Below the pieces are notes generated by a model. The model ran no database searches and was not told the origin of the DNA. It saw only the letters and a program-made list of their open reading frames with translations. A stretch of 64,000 nucleotides of DNA, taken from the NCBI RefSeq assembly GCF_009914755.1, contig NC_060945.1. The stretch is one strand, 5' to 3'. Positions within the stretch are counted from its first letter, which is position 1, and each line of letters begins with the position of its first letter. The position numbers and the translations under genes were made by a program. This document shows positions 43,261 to 57,450 of the stretch, one piece after another. The DNA is from the human T2T-CHM13v2.0 reference genome, Homo sapiens.

Positions 43261-43620
43261 TAATATGGTTTGGCTGTGTCCCCACCCACAACTTATCTTG
43301 AATTGTAATTCCCAAGTGTTGTAGGAAGGACCCAGTAGGAGGTGATTGAATCATGGGGGTGAGTATTTCCTGTGCTGTTCTTGTGATAGTAAATAAGTCT
43401 CATGAAATTAGATGGCTTTATAAAGGGCATTTCCCCTGCGCACACCGTCTTGCCTGCCACCATGTAAGATGTGCCTTTGCTCCTCCTTTGCCTTCCACTA
43501 TAATATTGAGGCCCCTTCAGCCATGTGGAACAGTAAGTACGTTATGTTAAACATCTTTCTCTTTATGAATTACCCAGTCTCAGGTATTTCTTCAGAGCAG
43601 TATGAAAATTGATTAATACA
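43261..43620 (+). mobile_element. THE1/MST-type solo LTR
   Basis: taatatggtttggctgtgtccccaccc...tacccagtctcaggtatttctt...ttaataca. Confidence 0.9.
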
Positions 43621-44876
43621 AGTAAAAAACAAATATTAAGTAAAATGAATAGTACTTAATATAATTCCTCCTTTTAAGACAGAAAACACCCCCTCAAGAT
43701 GGATGCATAGAGGAAACTAAATAATATCCCTAAAAATGGTGGCAAAAATGTTTCCTGTTAACTATTAGAGTGAATCCTGAATATTTGACTCTAAAATTCT
43801 GTTTTTCATCAGTAAAAGAGATCAGTAGATTATATCAATTGGAAAAGATTTCACGAGAAAGCACATTGGAAAATAATCTCAGGTGGTAGTGGCAGTCCAG
43901 ATGAATATAAACCAAAAACATTGTAGTTGAGCTTCCAATGCAAAGAAGAAAGTAGCTGGTAAGGAGACTCCAAGCACTGTTTAAAAATTAAGCAAGAAAG
44001 AAGGTGTGAAACAAATGAGATCAAAAGTCTGTGAATATAAATAATTTAAGTGTCATGAGAAGAAACATGTTTTGTGTGATCTAGTGTTTCACTAGGGTTA
44101 TGGATAACATAGGAAATGTATCACAAATCATACTTTTTATTTCCAGATGGTTTGGCTTCTGATTCCTTGTGTAAATCATTTCCAAAATCTCTAGACCAGA
44201 TTCCTACACCAAACACAAGCCTACCAGTTGTTCATTTGGTCCCTCATCCTTACTTAGTGGCTAATGCAGAACTACATAATCTATGGAAAGCATAGTCTAC
44301 TCTCTATGACTCGATACTCATCCAAATTGTACCCGCTTGTTATTTTCACACAAGATGAAGCACAAGGTTCTATCTCCTTTAGAAATGGTTGTTCTAATTC
44401 AAGTCCACTTGCTTATGGGATTCTATAATATCATTCATTAGCCCAGTCTCTGGACAAGGATTCAGGAATCCTTAGGGCCATCGAATATTTTAATTGTGAT
44501 ATTAACTCATATAACTTCAGATAATTTATCAGTTATTTTTCTTAAAATAACTTATTTTTCCTGAGTATAAAATTTCATTGAAGAATTCCACCTGCAGCCA
44601 TGACAAAGTCATTCGCACTAGATTGGTTACCGTAAATGTTAACTATAAAAACATATGAGGAAATTATTTTTAGAGATTGAACAAGTTTCACTAGATTGTA
44701 CTCTTTGTCAAAAGTATCTACTTGACATGAACCCCATGGTTATTCCTCAGTAGATATGGCATTCTCCCTGTCGGTCCTTTAGAGCTGAAAGCAGAGATAT
44801 AAACCCCAAATGGATGACCACTTTGCTGAGTTTAGGAGGCTGCTGCAGCTGATGGAATTTGTAGGGCAGAACATGT

Positions 44877-45038
44877 AGGGGAGGGATAGCAGTGGGTGAT
44901 ATACCTAATGCTAGATGACGAGTTAGTGGGTGCAGCACACCAGCATGGCACATGTATACGTATGTAACTAACCTGCACAATGTGCACATGTACCCTAAAA
45001 CTTAAAGTATAATAATTAAAAAAATAAAAAAAAAATAA
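44877..45038 (+). mobile_element. Short L1PA2-type 3' end (~160 bp)
   Basis: ggggagggatagc..tgctagatgacGAGttagtgg..cacaatgtgcac..aaacttAaagtataata plus A tail; GAG and A alleles exclude Ta/pre-Ta. Confidence 0.92.
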
Positions 45039-45609
45039 GAAGACGGAGCTGCATGAAGTGATAGGGTAGGATCCCAGGCTCTTCACAGAATATATGAGGG
45101 GTTCCTGGTTAAAGTAGGAACTATGTCTGCAGAGTTGGAGACTCTAAAGGGATATAGGTATGCTAAAATTTTCCTCAGCTCCATGAAAATGTTTCATTGT
45201 AAAGGAAACACAACAGCAGGGTTACCCACAGCAGCTCCAGCACATCCGTTACACAGAGGCAGCTGAAGCAATGCGTTGCTGTTGTGTCCTAGATATTTAA
45301 GAATAATCTAAGACAAATATACCAACAAGAAAAAGGAAGTAGGAATAAGCCACATAATACATGTTAAATGACTAAAGAAGATATTTACAAATAGATAGCA
45401 ATGCATCAGAATTATGAGACAATATGGTTAAATGGTATTAAAATTTATGAAATAGTGCATAGGATAAACAAGAATAAATCAATTATCAGAGAACATAATT
45501 GGAATGAGAGATGTTTTCCACAACAAAAACATTCAAAAAATATAATTTTTTTTTTAAAAAATATGAGCTACGGAGTTGATTTTAAAGCTCTATGTAATGT
45601 TCCAGACTG

Positions 45610-46060
45610 AGTTAGGCAGAATTTTAACAATTACCCCAACACTCCACTCCATGGTCTATACCACCTGTCCAATGTTCTACCCTTGAATATCGATGGATCT
45701 GTGATTTAATAAGATATGGCCACATTATATGAGAAAGGTAAAGGAATTTGCAAATGTAATTGAGATTTCTAAAACAGTTAGCTTCCAGGTTTTATCAAAT
45801 GGTGATTATTTGGGGTGAGGCAAACCCAGTGGGTTGGAAGAAGAAGCATATTCCCTTTGTAGCATTTTAGAGAGGGATGTGGCAAGAAACTGGGAGTGGC
45901 CTCTAGCAGCTGAGTACTTCAGTTCTATACTTAAGGGACTGCTGCCGAAAATGACTTATCTTGAAAGAGGACAGAGACTCAGACAAGACTGCAGATCTGG
46001 CTGACACTTTGATTTCAGCCTGGTGAGATCCTGAGTCAACCCTGTGCAGGTTCCTGGCCT
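45610..46060 (+). mobile_element. MLT1E/F-like LTR
   Basis: ggcagaatttt..ggaatttgcaaatgtaatt..ggcctctagcagctgag..ctggctgacactttgatttcagcctggtgaga. Confidence 0.65.
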
Positions 46061-46909
46061 CCTGTCAGTCAGACAGCTCTCCATGGAAAATGTTCCTCCA
46101 CATGACTCAACTATTCTGGTATCCTCATATTCTTATATCGGAGCAGATCTGCACCAAGGAGAAGCAAGGCACAATCTAATCACCATTCAAGCAAAGTTTC
46201 TATGAGAAAACAGGAAGCATGCCAGAAGCTGCACCAACAGAATATTTCCCAGTTTAACATTTTAAATATATCTCCTCCACAGAATATATTATTGGAGCTT
46301 TTTAAAATAAACTGAGATATCCAAAAGAATCATGTTACAAAGTTCAATTTTGCTAATATTCAAATCTAGTCCTTTGTAGAAAGACATTCAAAAACTCAAG
46401 TTACACTAAAAAAAAATGCATCAGAGCAGAAAAACAATTTATACCTAGATGTGAAAAAATTGTAACAAAGAATTTATAAGAAAGACAGTCTTTTGGGAAA
46501 ATTGAAAAATCATAGAGTCAAATAAAAATTATAAAAACGGCAAAGTAAACAAACCATGAGATACCGTTTCCACAGAGCAGAATAGAAAAAATGACTACAA
46601 CCTGAAAGTATATACTTTCACACATATACAATATAAGTATGTCAATCACAGCTGTTTCAAATACTGAAAAGTCAGAACAATTCCCTAATACAGGTGATTA
46701 CTATAGGAGAATCATTAAACATTGGAATTAATACATTCATGGAAAGACAGGCAAGCATGTGTAGACAAACTAATAGAAAAAAATTTCCCCAAACATTGTT
46801 AATTGACAAAACAAGTCACTACAAAGTAAATTAAATGTAATTCAAAATAAAACATAAAAACCAAGTCTACTATGAGTATAAATATTTTGGAACTATATAA
46901 AAATAATGA

Positions 46910-47267
<358 letters not shown>

Positions 47268-48091
47268 AAAGATGTGTGTTTTAATTCAGAATACTTCTTG
47301 ATATATGCTTGGATCTTTTTCAACAAAATGCACTCCTATGTTACTTGAGTAAATTACAAAATTAAAATAATCTAGACATTTAAATTTGAAAATGTGCTTT
47401 TCAGCCATTTTGGAGATCAAATACTGTCAAATTGAAGTTCCTTTGCAAATGAAAAACAACAATAAACTCAAATGATATCATAATGGGTGAAATAAAGCAA
47501 TGTGGCCTGACAATTGTCATCGTTAACATTTATAGTTTCTTGTAAGAGTTGTGCTTATTTACCAGATAAACAAGACAAATTTAAATAAATATGAAATAAA
47601 TTATGCATATTGTAATTGTTGAGCTGATTTGGAGTTTTATGCCAATATTATCTATGTATTTATCTTACTGTATTATGAATCCTCATATTGATTACAACTA
47701 CTTGAAGCAGGCCAGCTTCTTTATATTGGAGGTCTGTTAGTATAGGATTCGACAGGAAAATAATTATTATTAATTAACATACAAATAAAATATCAGAGGA
47801 TGAAGTATCAAATCAGAAGACACAGTACTCAGATGTCAGTTGTCAAACAAACCTGGGAGGCTGATAATCACAGTTGAATTAAACAAGGAAGAGAAGGTGA
47901 AGTAAACGTTGTTAACCACAAACCAAAAGAATGCAGTGTAGGAATCCTGCTGACCAAGAGCCTGGGGATATTGGAAGAGAAACCAAGGCATAGGAAAACT
48001 GGGCAATACGACAAAATACAATCCCCAAATCTTAAAGAGCGAGGCATAAACAGAGTCCTAGTAATCCATACCAATAGAGACAAGAAGTCCT

Positions 48092-48390
<299 letters not shown>

Positions 48391-50849
48391 AGTCCTATGT
48401 TGTCCATGTGGCCATTAACAGCAACAGAAGACAGTGTGTTGGTCACTCATTCCAGAGCAGTTGTTATCTGTTCCGTCCTGAACTTGTGTTCGCTTCTTGT
48501 GAGGACTCTCATAGATGATGGTTGTTTGGTGGAAGGTGGCTTGCAGTAGATTTCTGTGATTTCTGGCTTTTCAATTTTTTAAACTTTCATTTTAGATTTG
48601 GGGGTACATGTGAAGGTTTGCTACATAGGTAAACACATGTCACAGGGTTTTTCTACTGTTAGGCACTGGGCTTAATACCTGGCTGATGGGATTCCTGGCC
48701 TTTTAAAGTAGAAGCAGCAGCAGCTGATATTTCCTGAGAGTTTTGATCCTTGATCACTTGTGTCTTCTCTACAACATTGCCTACCAGAGCTTGGACCTGT
48801 AGGCCAGGTTCTAAATATGCTTTAAAAAAGAGTAAAAAAGTACCCATTTCTGTTTTTTCACAAACATATACATACGCACATGTGCGTGCACACACAAACA
48901 CACACACACCCACACACGCTTAGTGGAGAGAGCAAAAGAGAGAGAGCAAAAATAATCATTAATAAATTGCATTAGTTAAAAAAAAATTCTTTCTATATTT
49001 CCACAGTACAAATCGTTAAATGAGTACTGGGAATGCTTTCTCACTTGCTAACATTAAAATTATGAAGGTATTTTAGAACTTTAAGAGCAAGACATTTTAG
49101 AAAATAATTTTCAGAATTCTCCAGTATTCTCCATACATAGTAAACTCGTTAAATATATTGAGTAAATAATTGTTTCAAGATATAAATACTTATATTATTT
49201 TGTTGTTGTAGTTTTCTCTTTTTGTAAGCCTACTAGTCAGAATAAAATCACCTTACATCCAGTTCTTCAAATTTTAGAATTGAGAATATTTAGTGGCGTT
49301 CCAGTGCAGCGTTGAAATGTGCGTTGAAATTTAAGCTTTCTCAAAAAGAAGGAAATAACGATTTTCTCATCTATATATATCCCTTAAGTAGGAGATACCT
49401 CATTTGAGTAGCAAATTCTGAAGAAATACTGAATGTAAAATGCTATTTGTTAAATATGGAGAAACTGGACCCTGATAGGGAAAGTCTTATTTAAAACTTC
49501 AAAAATTTCAGCAGTATTGACAGTGAAAGATATGAGCTAGACAGAATGTAAAATGGTAATCAACTAAAACACTTCAGGCTGCAAGCTGTGGCTTCAGAAC
49601 AAGTTCAAACTGCTTTTCAAACTCTACATTGGCTTTTACTATATGTGCCCTCAGCGCCTCAAACTATCTGAGCATCTGATAAGAAATAGAAGCACTAAGT
49701 TGGTCTGTCCTGATTCTTGTGTACAATTTTTTTGTCAGGGAAAATAGCAACCAATCTTGTACACCCAGATTTGTGTTCCTTCTTCCGTGTAATCAAACTC
49801 AGAAAGTCAACTAAATAAACAGACGCCTTATTTTCTTTACATATTATTTACTTCTACATTAAAATAATACTTCTTCATTTAAAAATGTTTCCCTGATCTT
49901 TGTAAAAGATTAAAATTTTAACTAAACTATAGATCAACTGAAGCCCAAAATACAAGTGAGTAAGGAATACAGCCACCTATATTGAGGAGAAAAAGAAAAT
50001 GGGTGATGCTGAATATTGCAAAGTGCAAATTGGCAGTGTACTCTCCATTATCTTTGTTAATGGGGCAACGTGGTGGCCCAGTCATCTGGGCCATCTATAG
50101 TAAGTCCTCTAATGGTTTATTTCCTTTAGCCTGTGATATATTATTTTATTTTGTTCCTGTGTATGTATTCCTTTAATTATATTTTAACACTACATTATTA
50201 AAATAAATGTGCATTCCTTGAACACACACTGGGCATTGAGGAAGAAAGTCTGTATGTGAAAGGCTGTTGAATAGAAAGTGGAGGATATTCCACCACTAAA
50301 ATTTTATTATTTTAATCCAGAATACAGATAATCAACTCTTGAATAAATATAAGATAATGGCATTACTTAATTGATGCATTTGTATATTGAATGACTTTAT
50401 ATGAACTGAGAAGACGTATTTTGAATCTTATAAATGCCCTTCATGGCTTTCGATGAAACTAGATTAGAAAGAAGGCACATCAACTGTAGCAGAATATATT
50501 TCACATACGAACACAGAAACACATGGATAAACAAAAATAATGAATAGCTCGCAGTAGTAAAAAAAAATACTATGTCTTCAAAACACTTAAGGGTATACAC
50601 ATAGGCAGAGAAATGGAAACAGAATCAGTAGTAGAAGTAAAGAAGAGCTAAATCACTCAGTCTTGTATGCCATTTAAGATGTGTGAACTTTACAATAAAG
50701 TAATAGAATATAGAGTAAATTATAGTTCAGTTAAGAATCATCAACGAATTTTCATTCCAAATAGTCAAAGTATGATCAGTAACCCAATATTAATATTGTC
50801 TCAAATATCTCCTCTAAACTTATTTAGTAACTGCAAATGAACTTAAAAA

Positions 50850-51560
50850 AGTATTAACTAAGGAATAGAGTAACTGTACAATTATTTAACTATATGATCA
50901 AAATTAAAATGACAAGTAAGACTGAGGGGATCTTGTGCCTCTGGAGGTGTTACACTAAAAGAACAAAGTATCATTTATAAAATATTGTAGCCAAAAATTA
51001 ATAACAAACTTAATCACGAGAAAACATTAGAAAATCCAAAATTAAGAAAAAGAGTTTTGTTTGTATTTTTCAAAAATGTCACACGTATGAAAGACAAATG
51101 ATAAGAACACTTTTCAGATTAAAAAAATACTGAAGAGAATGACAACTAAATTTAGCAAAGGATACTAGACATGAACGGGTGCTGGGATAAACAATTACTT
51201 TAAAGGACATTCTTATTATTATAAAGCAAGTGACATATTTAAAATAGAACTTTCAATGATTAGATGCTAACATTGAATCAAATATACATTTACTGACTTT
51301 TAAAATTATACTGTTATAAAAGAAAATATTATTCTCAGAAAATACACAGCGAAGGCTGAGGGGTGACGATGCATGATGCATGCACTCTGCTCTAAAAGTT
51401 TTCATAACAAATAATATGGAGGAGGAAAGAGAAAGAGAATGATAAAGCAACTCAGGCACAGATGTTAAAATCTTGGAGAAAACAGTATATGGAAAATTTC
51501 ACAATTTCTTTGCAAAATCTCCGTAAATTTAAAATTATTTCACAATAAAATATTTTAAAT
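50850..51560 (+). mobile_element. L1MC/ME-type 3' UTR remnant
   Basis: atgatcaaaattaaaat..gaaacattagaaaatccaaaatt..atgacaactaaat..agaaaatattattctcagaaaatacac. Confidence 0.6.
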
Positions 51561-51610
51561 ATTCTGAACAACAAACATAAAAGTTTTCTTCAAAGAGTTA
51601 AAATGTTATG

Positions 51611-51922
<312 letters not shown>

Positions 51923-52486
51923 AAAATGTGATTATTTTAAAATATTACCCTGGGTGTAGTGAGGAGGACAAATTAGAAGAGTTTTTATCTGATTACAGGC
52001 AGACCAGTTGTGAAGGTCTAGTAGTTATTTAGGCGAGTGATGACTGTGTCTTTTCATACTTCATTGAGAGCAGTGATGGATAGAGGCAGAAGAAAGAACT
52101 TGGTGATATACAAGCAATTGAAAAAGGGGGAGGGTTGTAAAGAAGGTATTGTGTAGATGGTACAATCAATGCAGTAGGGATCCAAGAAGGAATTAGGTTA
52201 GCTTGGAATGTGAAATGCCTATAGAACTATTACATGATAATATCTAATAGCCATTTACGTATACTGATTTGTAACTCAGGGGACAAATAATAGTGGAAAT
52301 ATAGTTTGAGGTTCATATTTTGTCACCAAGAGCACACTTTATTCTGTGATAAACATTAGAGTTTTAGCATTTGTCCATGGAAAAAGTGGGAAGCAAATGA
52401 TTATGGAAGACAAACAAAAGAAGAATTTCAAGAAGGAAGAGGTATTCAGATTTGTTATAAACACGGCAAAAGTCAGGTAAGATCAA

Positions 52487-52910
52487 TGCATTACTTTGCT
52501 AGGATTGTTGTAAAGAAGTATGACAAACTGAATTGCTTAAACAATAGAAACTTAGCATTTCACAGTTCTGGAGGCTCAATGTCCAAGATCAAGGCATTGT
52601 CAAAAGGGTTGGTTCCTTTTAAGGGGGTCAAAGAAAGCTCAGTGTCAGGTCTATCTCCTGGGCTTACTGATATCCATCTTCTTCCTTGCCTCTTCACATC
52701 CTCCTCCATCCATGGGTATTTGGGTTCAAATTTTCTCTTTCTATAAGAACACCAGTCATGCTGGACTAGGCACCCAACCTACTCTGGTATGAACTCATCT
52801 CAAATCATTACATCTGCAATGAACTTATTTACAAATAAATTCACTCTGCAAAGTACTAGAGATTAGAACATCAACCTGTGAATTTGGGGGATACAATCCA
52901 ACTCATAAAA
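52487..52910 (-). mobile_element. MLT1B/C-like LTR
   Basis: gcttaaacaatagaaa..tcacagttctggaggct..gtccaagatcaagg..tataagaacaccagtcat..tacatctgcaatga. Confidence 0.82.
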
Positions 52911-52948
52911 ATCAGAAATAAAATATTTTTTGGGTTGACCAAGGAGGG

Positions 52949-55386
52949 TGATATGGTTTGTCTCTGTGTCCCCACACAAATCTCATGTTGAATTGTGATC
53001 CTGAGTGTTGGAAGAGAGGCCTGGTGGGAGGTGATTGAATCTTGGGGGTGGTTTCTAATGGTTTAGTGCCAATCCCCTAGTGCTGTTTCATAATAGAGTT
53101 CTCATGAGATCTAGTTGTTTAAATGTGTGTAGTGCTTCGTCTTCACTCTCTCTCTCTCCTGCTCTACCATGTGAAGATTGTGCCTGCTTCTCCTCTGCTT
53201 TCTGCCATGACTGTAAGTTTCCTGAAGCCTTCCCAGCCATGCCTCCCACCTGTGGAACTGTAAGTAAATTAAACCCTTTTTTCTTTATAAATTCCTAGTC
53301 TCAGGTAGTTCTTTATAGCAGTGTGAGAATGGACTAATGCAGAACATTGGTACCGGAGAAGTGGGCCATTGCTATGAAGATACCTGAAAATGTGGAAGCA
53401 ACGTTGGAACTGGGTAATGGGCTGAGTCTGGAACAGTTTGGAGGGATCAGAAGAAGACAGGAAGATGAGGGAAAGTTTGCAACTTCTAGAGACTTGTTGA
53501 ATGGCTGTGACCAAATTGCTGATAGCGATACGAACAGTGAAGTCCAGGCTGAGGTGGTCTCATATGGAAACAAGAAACTTATTGGGAACTGGAGTAAAGG
53601 TTACTTTTGCTGTGCTTTAGCAAAGAGACTGGTGGCATTGTGCCCATGCTCTAAAGATCTGTGGAACTTTGAACTAGAGAGAGATAATTTAGGGTATCTG
53701 GCAGAAGAAATTTCCAAGCAACAAAGTTTTCAGGAGGCTGCCTGGCTGCTTCTAACAGTGTGTACTCATATGCATTTGCAAAGAGAGTTTCTGAAACTGG
53801 AAATTATACTTAAAAGGGAAGCAGAGCATAAAAGCTTACAAATTTGCAGCCTGATCATGTGGTAGAAAAGGAAATCCTATTTTCAGGGGAGCAATTAAAA
53901 CTGGCAGAAAAAATTTGCAAAAGTAAAGAGGAACTGAATGTTAATAGCAAGACAATGGGGAAAATGCCTCCAAAGCATTTCAGAGACCTTCCTGGCAGCC
54001 CCTCCCATCACAGGCCTAAAGGACTAGGAGAGAAAAATGGTTTTGTGGGGGCAGGCCCAGGGCCCTGCTGCTCTGTGCATCCTCAGGACATGGCACCTTG
54101 CATTCCGGTGACTCCATCTCTAGCCATGCCTTAGCTTGAGCCAAGGTACAGCTCAGGCTGTTGCTTCAGGGGTGCATACCCTAAGACTTGGTGGCTTCCA
54201 TGTGGTGTTGGGCCTGCAGGTGCACAGAATGCAAGAGTTGAGGTTTGGGAGCCTCTGCCTAGATTTCAGAGTTTGTATGGAAATACCTGAATGTCAAAGC
54301 AGAAGTCTGCTACAGGAGAAAAGCCATCATGAAGAATCTCTACCTGGGCAGTAAAAAGGGGAAATATGGGACCGTAGCCCCCACACAGAGTCCCACTAGG
54401 GCACTGCCTAGTGGAGCTGTGCAAAGAGGACCACCATACTGTAGACTCCAGAATGGTAGATCCACTGACAGCTTGCACCATACTCCTGGAAAAACCACAG
54501 ACACTCAATGCCAGCCTCTGAGAGCTGCCATGGTGGCTGTACCCTACAGAGCCGCTGGGGCAGGGCTGCCCAAGGTCTTGGGAGCCCACCTCTTCCATCC
54601 TTCCATCATCGTGGCCTGCATGTGAGACATGGAGTCAAAGGAGGTTATTCTGGAGCTTTAAAATTTAATGACTGCCCTGCTGGGTTTCGGACTTGCATGG
54701 GGCCTGTGACCCCTTTGGTTTGGCCAACGTCTCCCTTGTGGAATGGGAGTATTTACCCAATGCCTGTATCTCCATTTTGTCTTGGAAGTAACTAAGTTGT
54801 TTTTTATTTTATAGGCTCATAGGTGCAAGGGTCTTGCCTTGTCTCAGATGAGACTTTGGACTGTGGACCTTTGAGGTACTACTGGAATGACTGAAGACAA
54901 TGGGGGATGGTTTGGAAAATGTGCTTGTGTTTTGAGATGTGAGGTGAACATGAGATTTGTGAGGGCCCAAAGGTGGAATGATATGGTTTGACTCTGTGTC
55001 CCCACCCACATCTCACGCTGAATTATGATTCTGAGTGTTGGAATCGGGGCCTGGTGGGAGGCGATGGATCAGGTGTGTGGTTTCTAATGGTTTAGCACCT
55101 TCCCACTAGTGCTGCCTTCTAACAGAGTTCTCACAAGATCTGGTTATTTCAAGCATATAGTACTTTACTCTTCTCTCTCTCTCTCTGTCTTTCTCTCTTT
55201 TCTCTGCCATGCGAAGATTGTGCTTGCTTTTCCTTTGCCTTCTGTCATGATTGTAAGTTTTCTGGGGCCTCCCCAGCCATGCTTTTTATATAGCCTGCAG
55301 AACCATGAACCAATTAATCTTCTTTTCTTTATAAATTACCAAGTCTCAGGTAGTTATTTATAGCAATATGAGAACGGACTAATACA
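52949..55386 (+). mobile_element. Full-length MST (MSTA-like) MaLR provirus (5' LTR 52949-53341, internal 53342-54978, 3' LTR 54979-55386)
   Basis: Paired LTRs tgatatggtttg...ggactaat(g/a)ca; perfect 5-bp TSD gaggg (52944-52948 / 55387-55391). Confidence 0.96.
53374..53865 (+). pseudogene. Remnant of the MaLR internal (gag-derived) ORF, 163 codons from the ATG
   Basis: MKIPENVEATLELGNG..LIGNWSKG..LWNFELERD; homologous to the THE1 peptide at 6408-6713; downstream frames are broken. Confidence 0.7.
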
Positions 55387-56250
55387 GAGGGCTTAACTGA
55401 AGTTCAAGTAAGAAGTTAACTGCATGTTAAGAGAAGCAATGAGGAAACTCCAGCCATCAGGGTTGAGAAGAAAAAGTGAGGTGAGGGAATGAGGGCTACC
55501 AGCCATGTGGTGAGTTCCAGAAGTATGGCTGCTGTGGAAAAGACAAAGACCTAGAGAAACTTAATTTTTAAATTATGGAATGTAAAAGTAAAACAGAAGC
55601 TTGAATTCTTAAATTTCAGAATTTTCTTAAATTCTGAAAAGAAGCTTAAATTCTAAAAGAAGTCTCTAAGGCCAAATTACGAAAAACAGATAGTGAAGGT
55701 ATTAAAAGAAAAAGAAATTTATAAGAAATTGGTTATCCATGAGCCCACGGGACTCAGAGAAGTCCAGGACCACCAATCCCATAGTAACAAGGAGATAGGG
55801 ATAACAAATAACTTGTATCTTTACATATCTGTAGGTATTTTAAGTGAAAAAATGGGACATTATTTTGCAAACAATTCACATGTAAATAACATTGCTATGC
55901 ATGTAAATTATATAGATGTTATTATATTTTTATTATTATGGGTAGCACTATAACATCTTGTATTGTTAGGTACACTTTGTAATTCTTACTGGGAAATAAC
56001 CAATTTAGAGAATGAGTTATTTTTCTGGAGTCTGAATAGTGAAAGAAAATTTGATGCAATGTGTTGGATCACGTCCAAAGCTAGATATCAATAAATTTTA
56101 TCATAGATTTTGCCCTTGCATTGGATAATTCAGTTTTCTTATTTCTGAAATGCATAAACTAACCCCACCTTTATTAGGTGCATATAATCCTATGTAAATC
56201 AAACAAGATTAAGAAGACTTGTAATTCTGCATTCAAAAGTTAAAAGTATC

Positions 56251-56568
<318 letters not shown>

Positions 56569-57224
56569 TCAAAATCTATTTTTATTGTTCCATAATGAAA
56601 ATAAAATGAATTTTCAAAAAATTTGGTCATAAACTTTTCACAATATAATACTAGCTATATTCATTCTGTATTTCCTTTACAATAGAAAACTTTCTCTGGG
56701 ATATGGATACCTGACACTTTTTTGTTGAGCATCAACATGAGTTTTTCTAACCACAGATTTCTAGATACATACCTGATACCCTGAACTTCACAAGAAATCG
56801 GCAATCATTAATGATCCAGCTAAAGTAAGTGACTAAATTCCTATGGGAAAATATAACTTTTTTAAAAATTAAATTTAGTTAGCTGAAAAATGTCAAGCAC
56901 AATTAAAATTGACATTTTATTTTATTGAGTATCATATATTTTAATGAGCTTGGGTCCTAAAATGGTTTTATCAACTCCTCTAGTTCTTTAATTCTGGCAT
57001 TCACATTTATCTAGAACACAAATCAACAAGCATGATCAAAACAAAACAAAACTCTGCACTTGTTACTCAGATCAGCTAAACAAATATGGTAAAGTAATCG
57101 ATTTGAGATTTGCAAAAACTAAGTTCTTTGAGGTAGGTAAAATTTTAAATCTATTTACTAAAAGGATCATGTGTGGAGAATAATCTAATATATTTTGTTT
57201 TTTCTAAACATCTTCTATTATTTT

Positions 57225-57450
57225 TATTATTACTATAATTATATTTTAGTTTGGCACGCCCTGACCTCCTTGCTGTCAACCACAGAAACCAAATATTAAA
57301 TGCAACCTATTACCCTAAATAGGCAACCTAATATTATTATTATTATTATTACCATGATTATATTTTAGTTTAGCATTCCCTGGCCTCCTTGCTGTCAACC
57401 ACAGAAACTAAATATTAAACTCAACCTATTACCCTAAATGGACAGCCTAT
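57225..57450 (+). repeat. Tandem duplication (period ~119 bp) in unique DNA
   Basis: atattttagttt..cctccttgctgtcaaccacagaaac..caacctattaccctaaat occurs twice, separated by (TAT)n. Confidence 0.95.
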
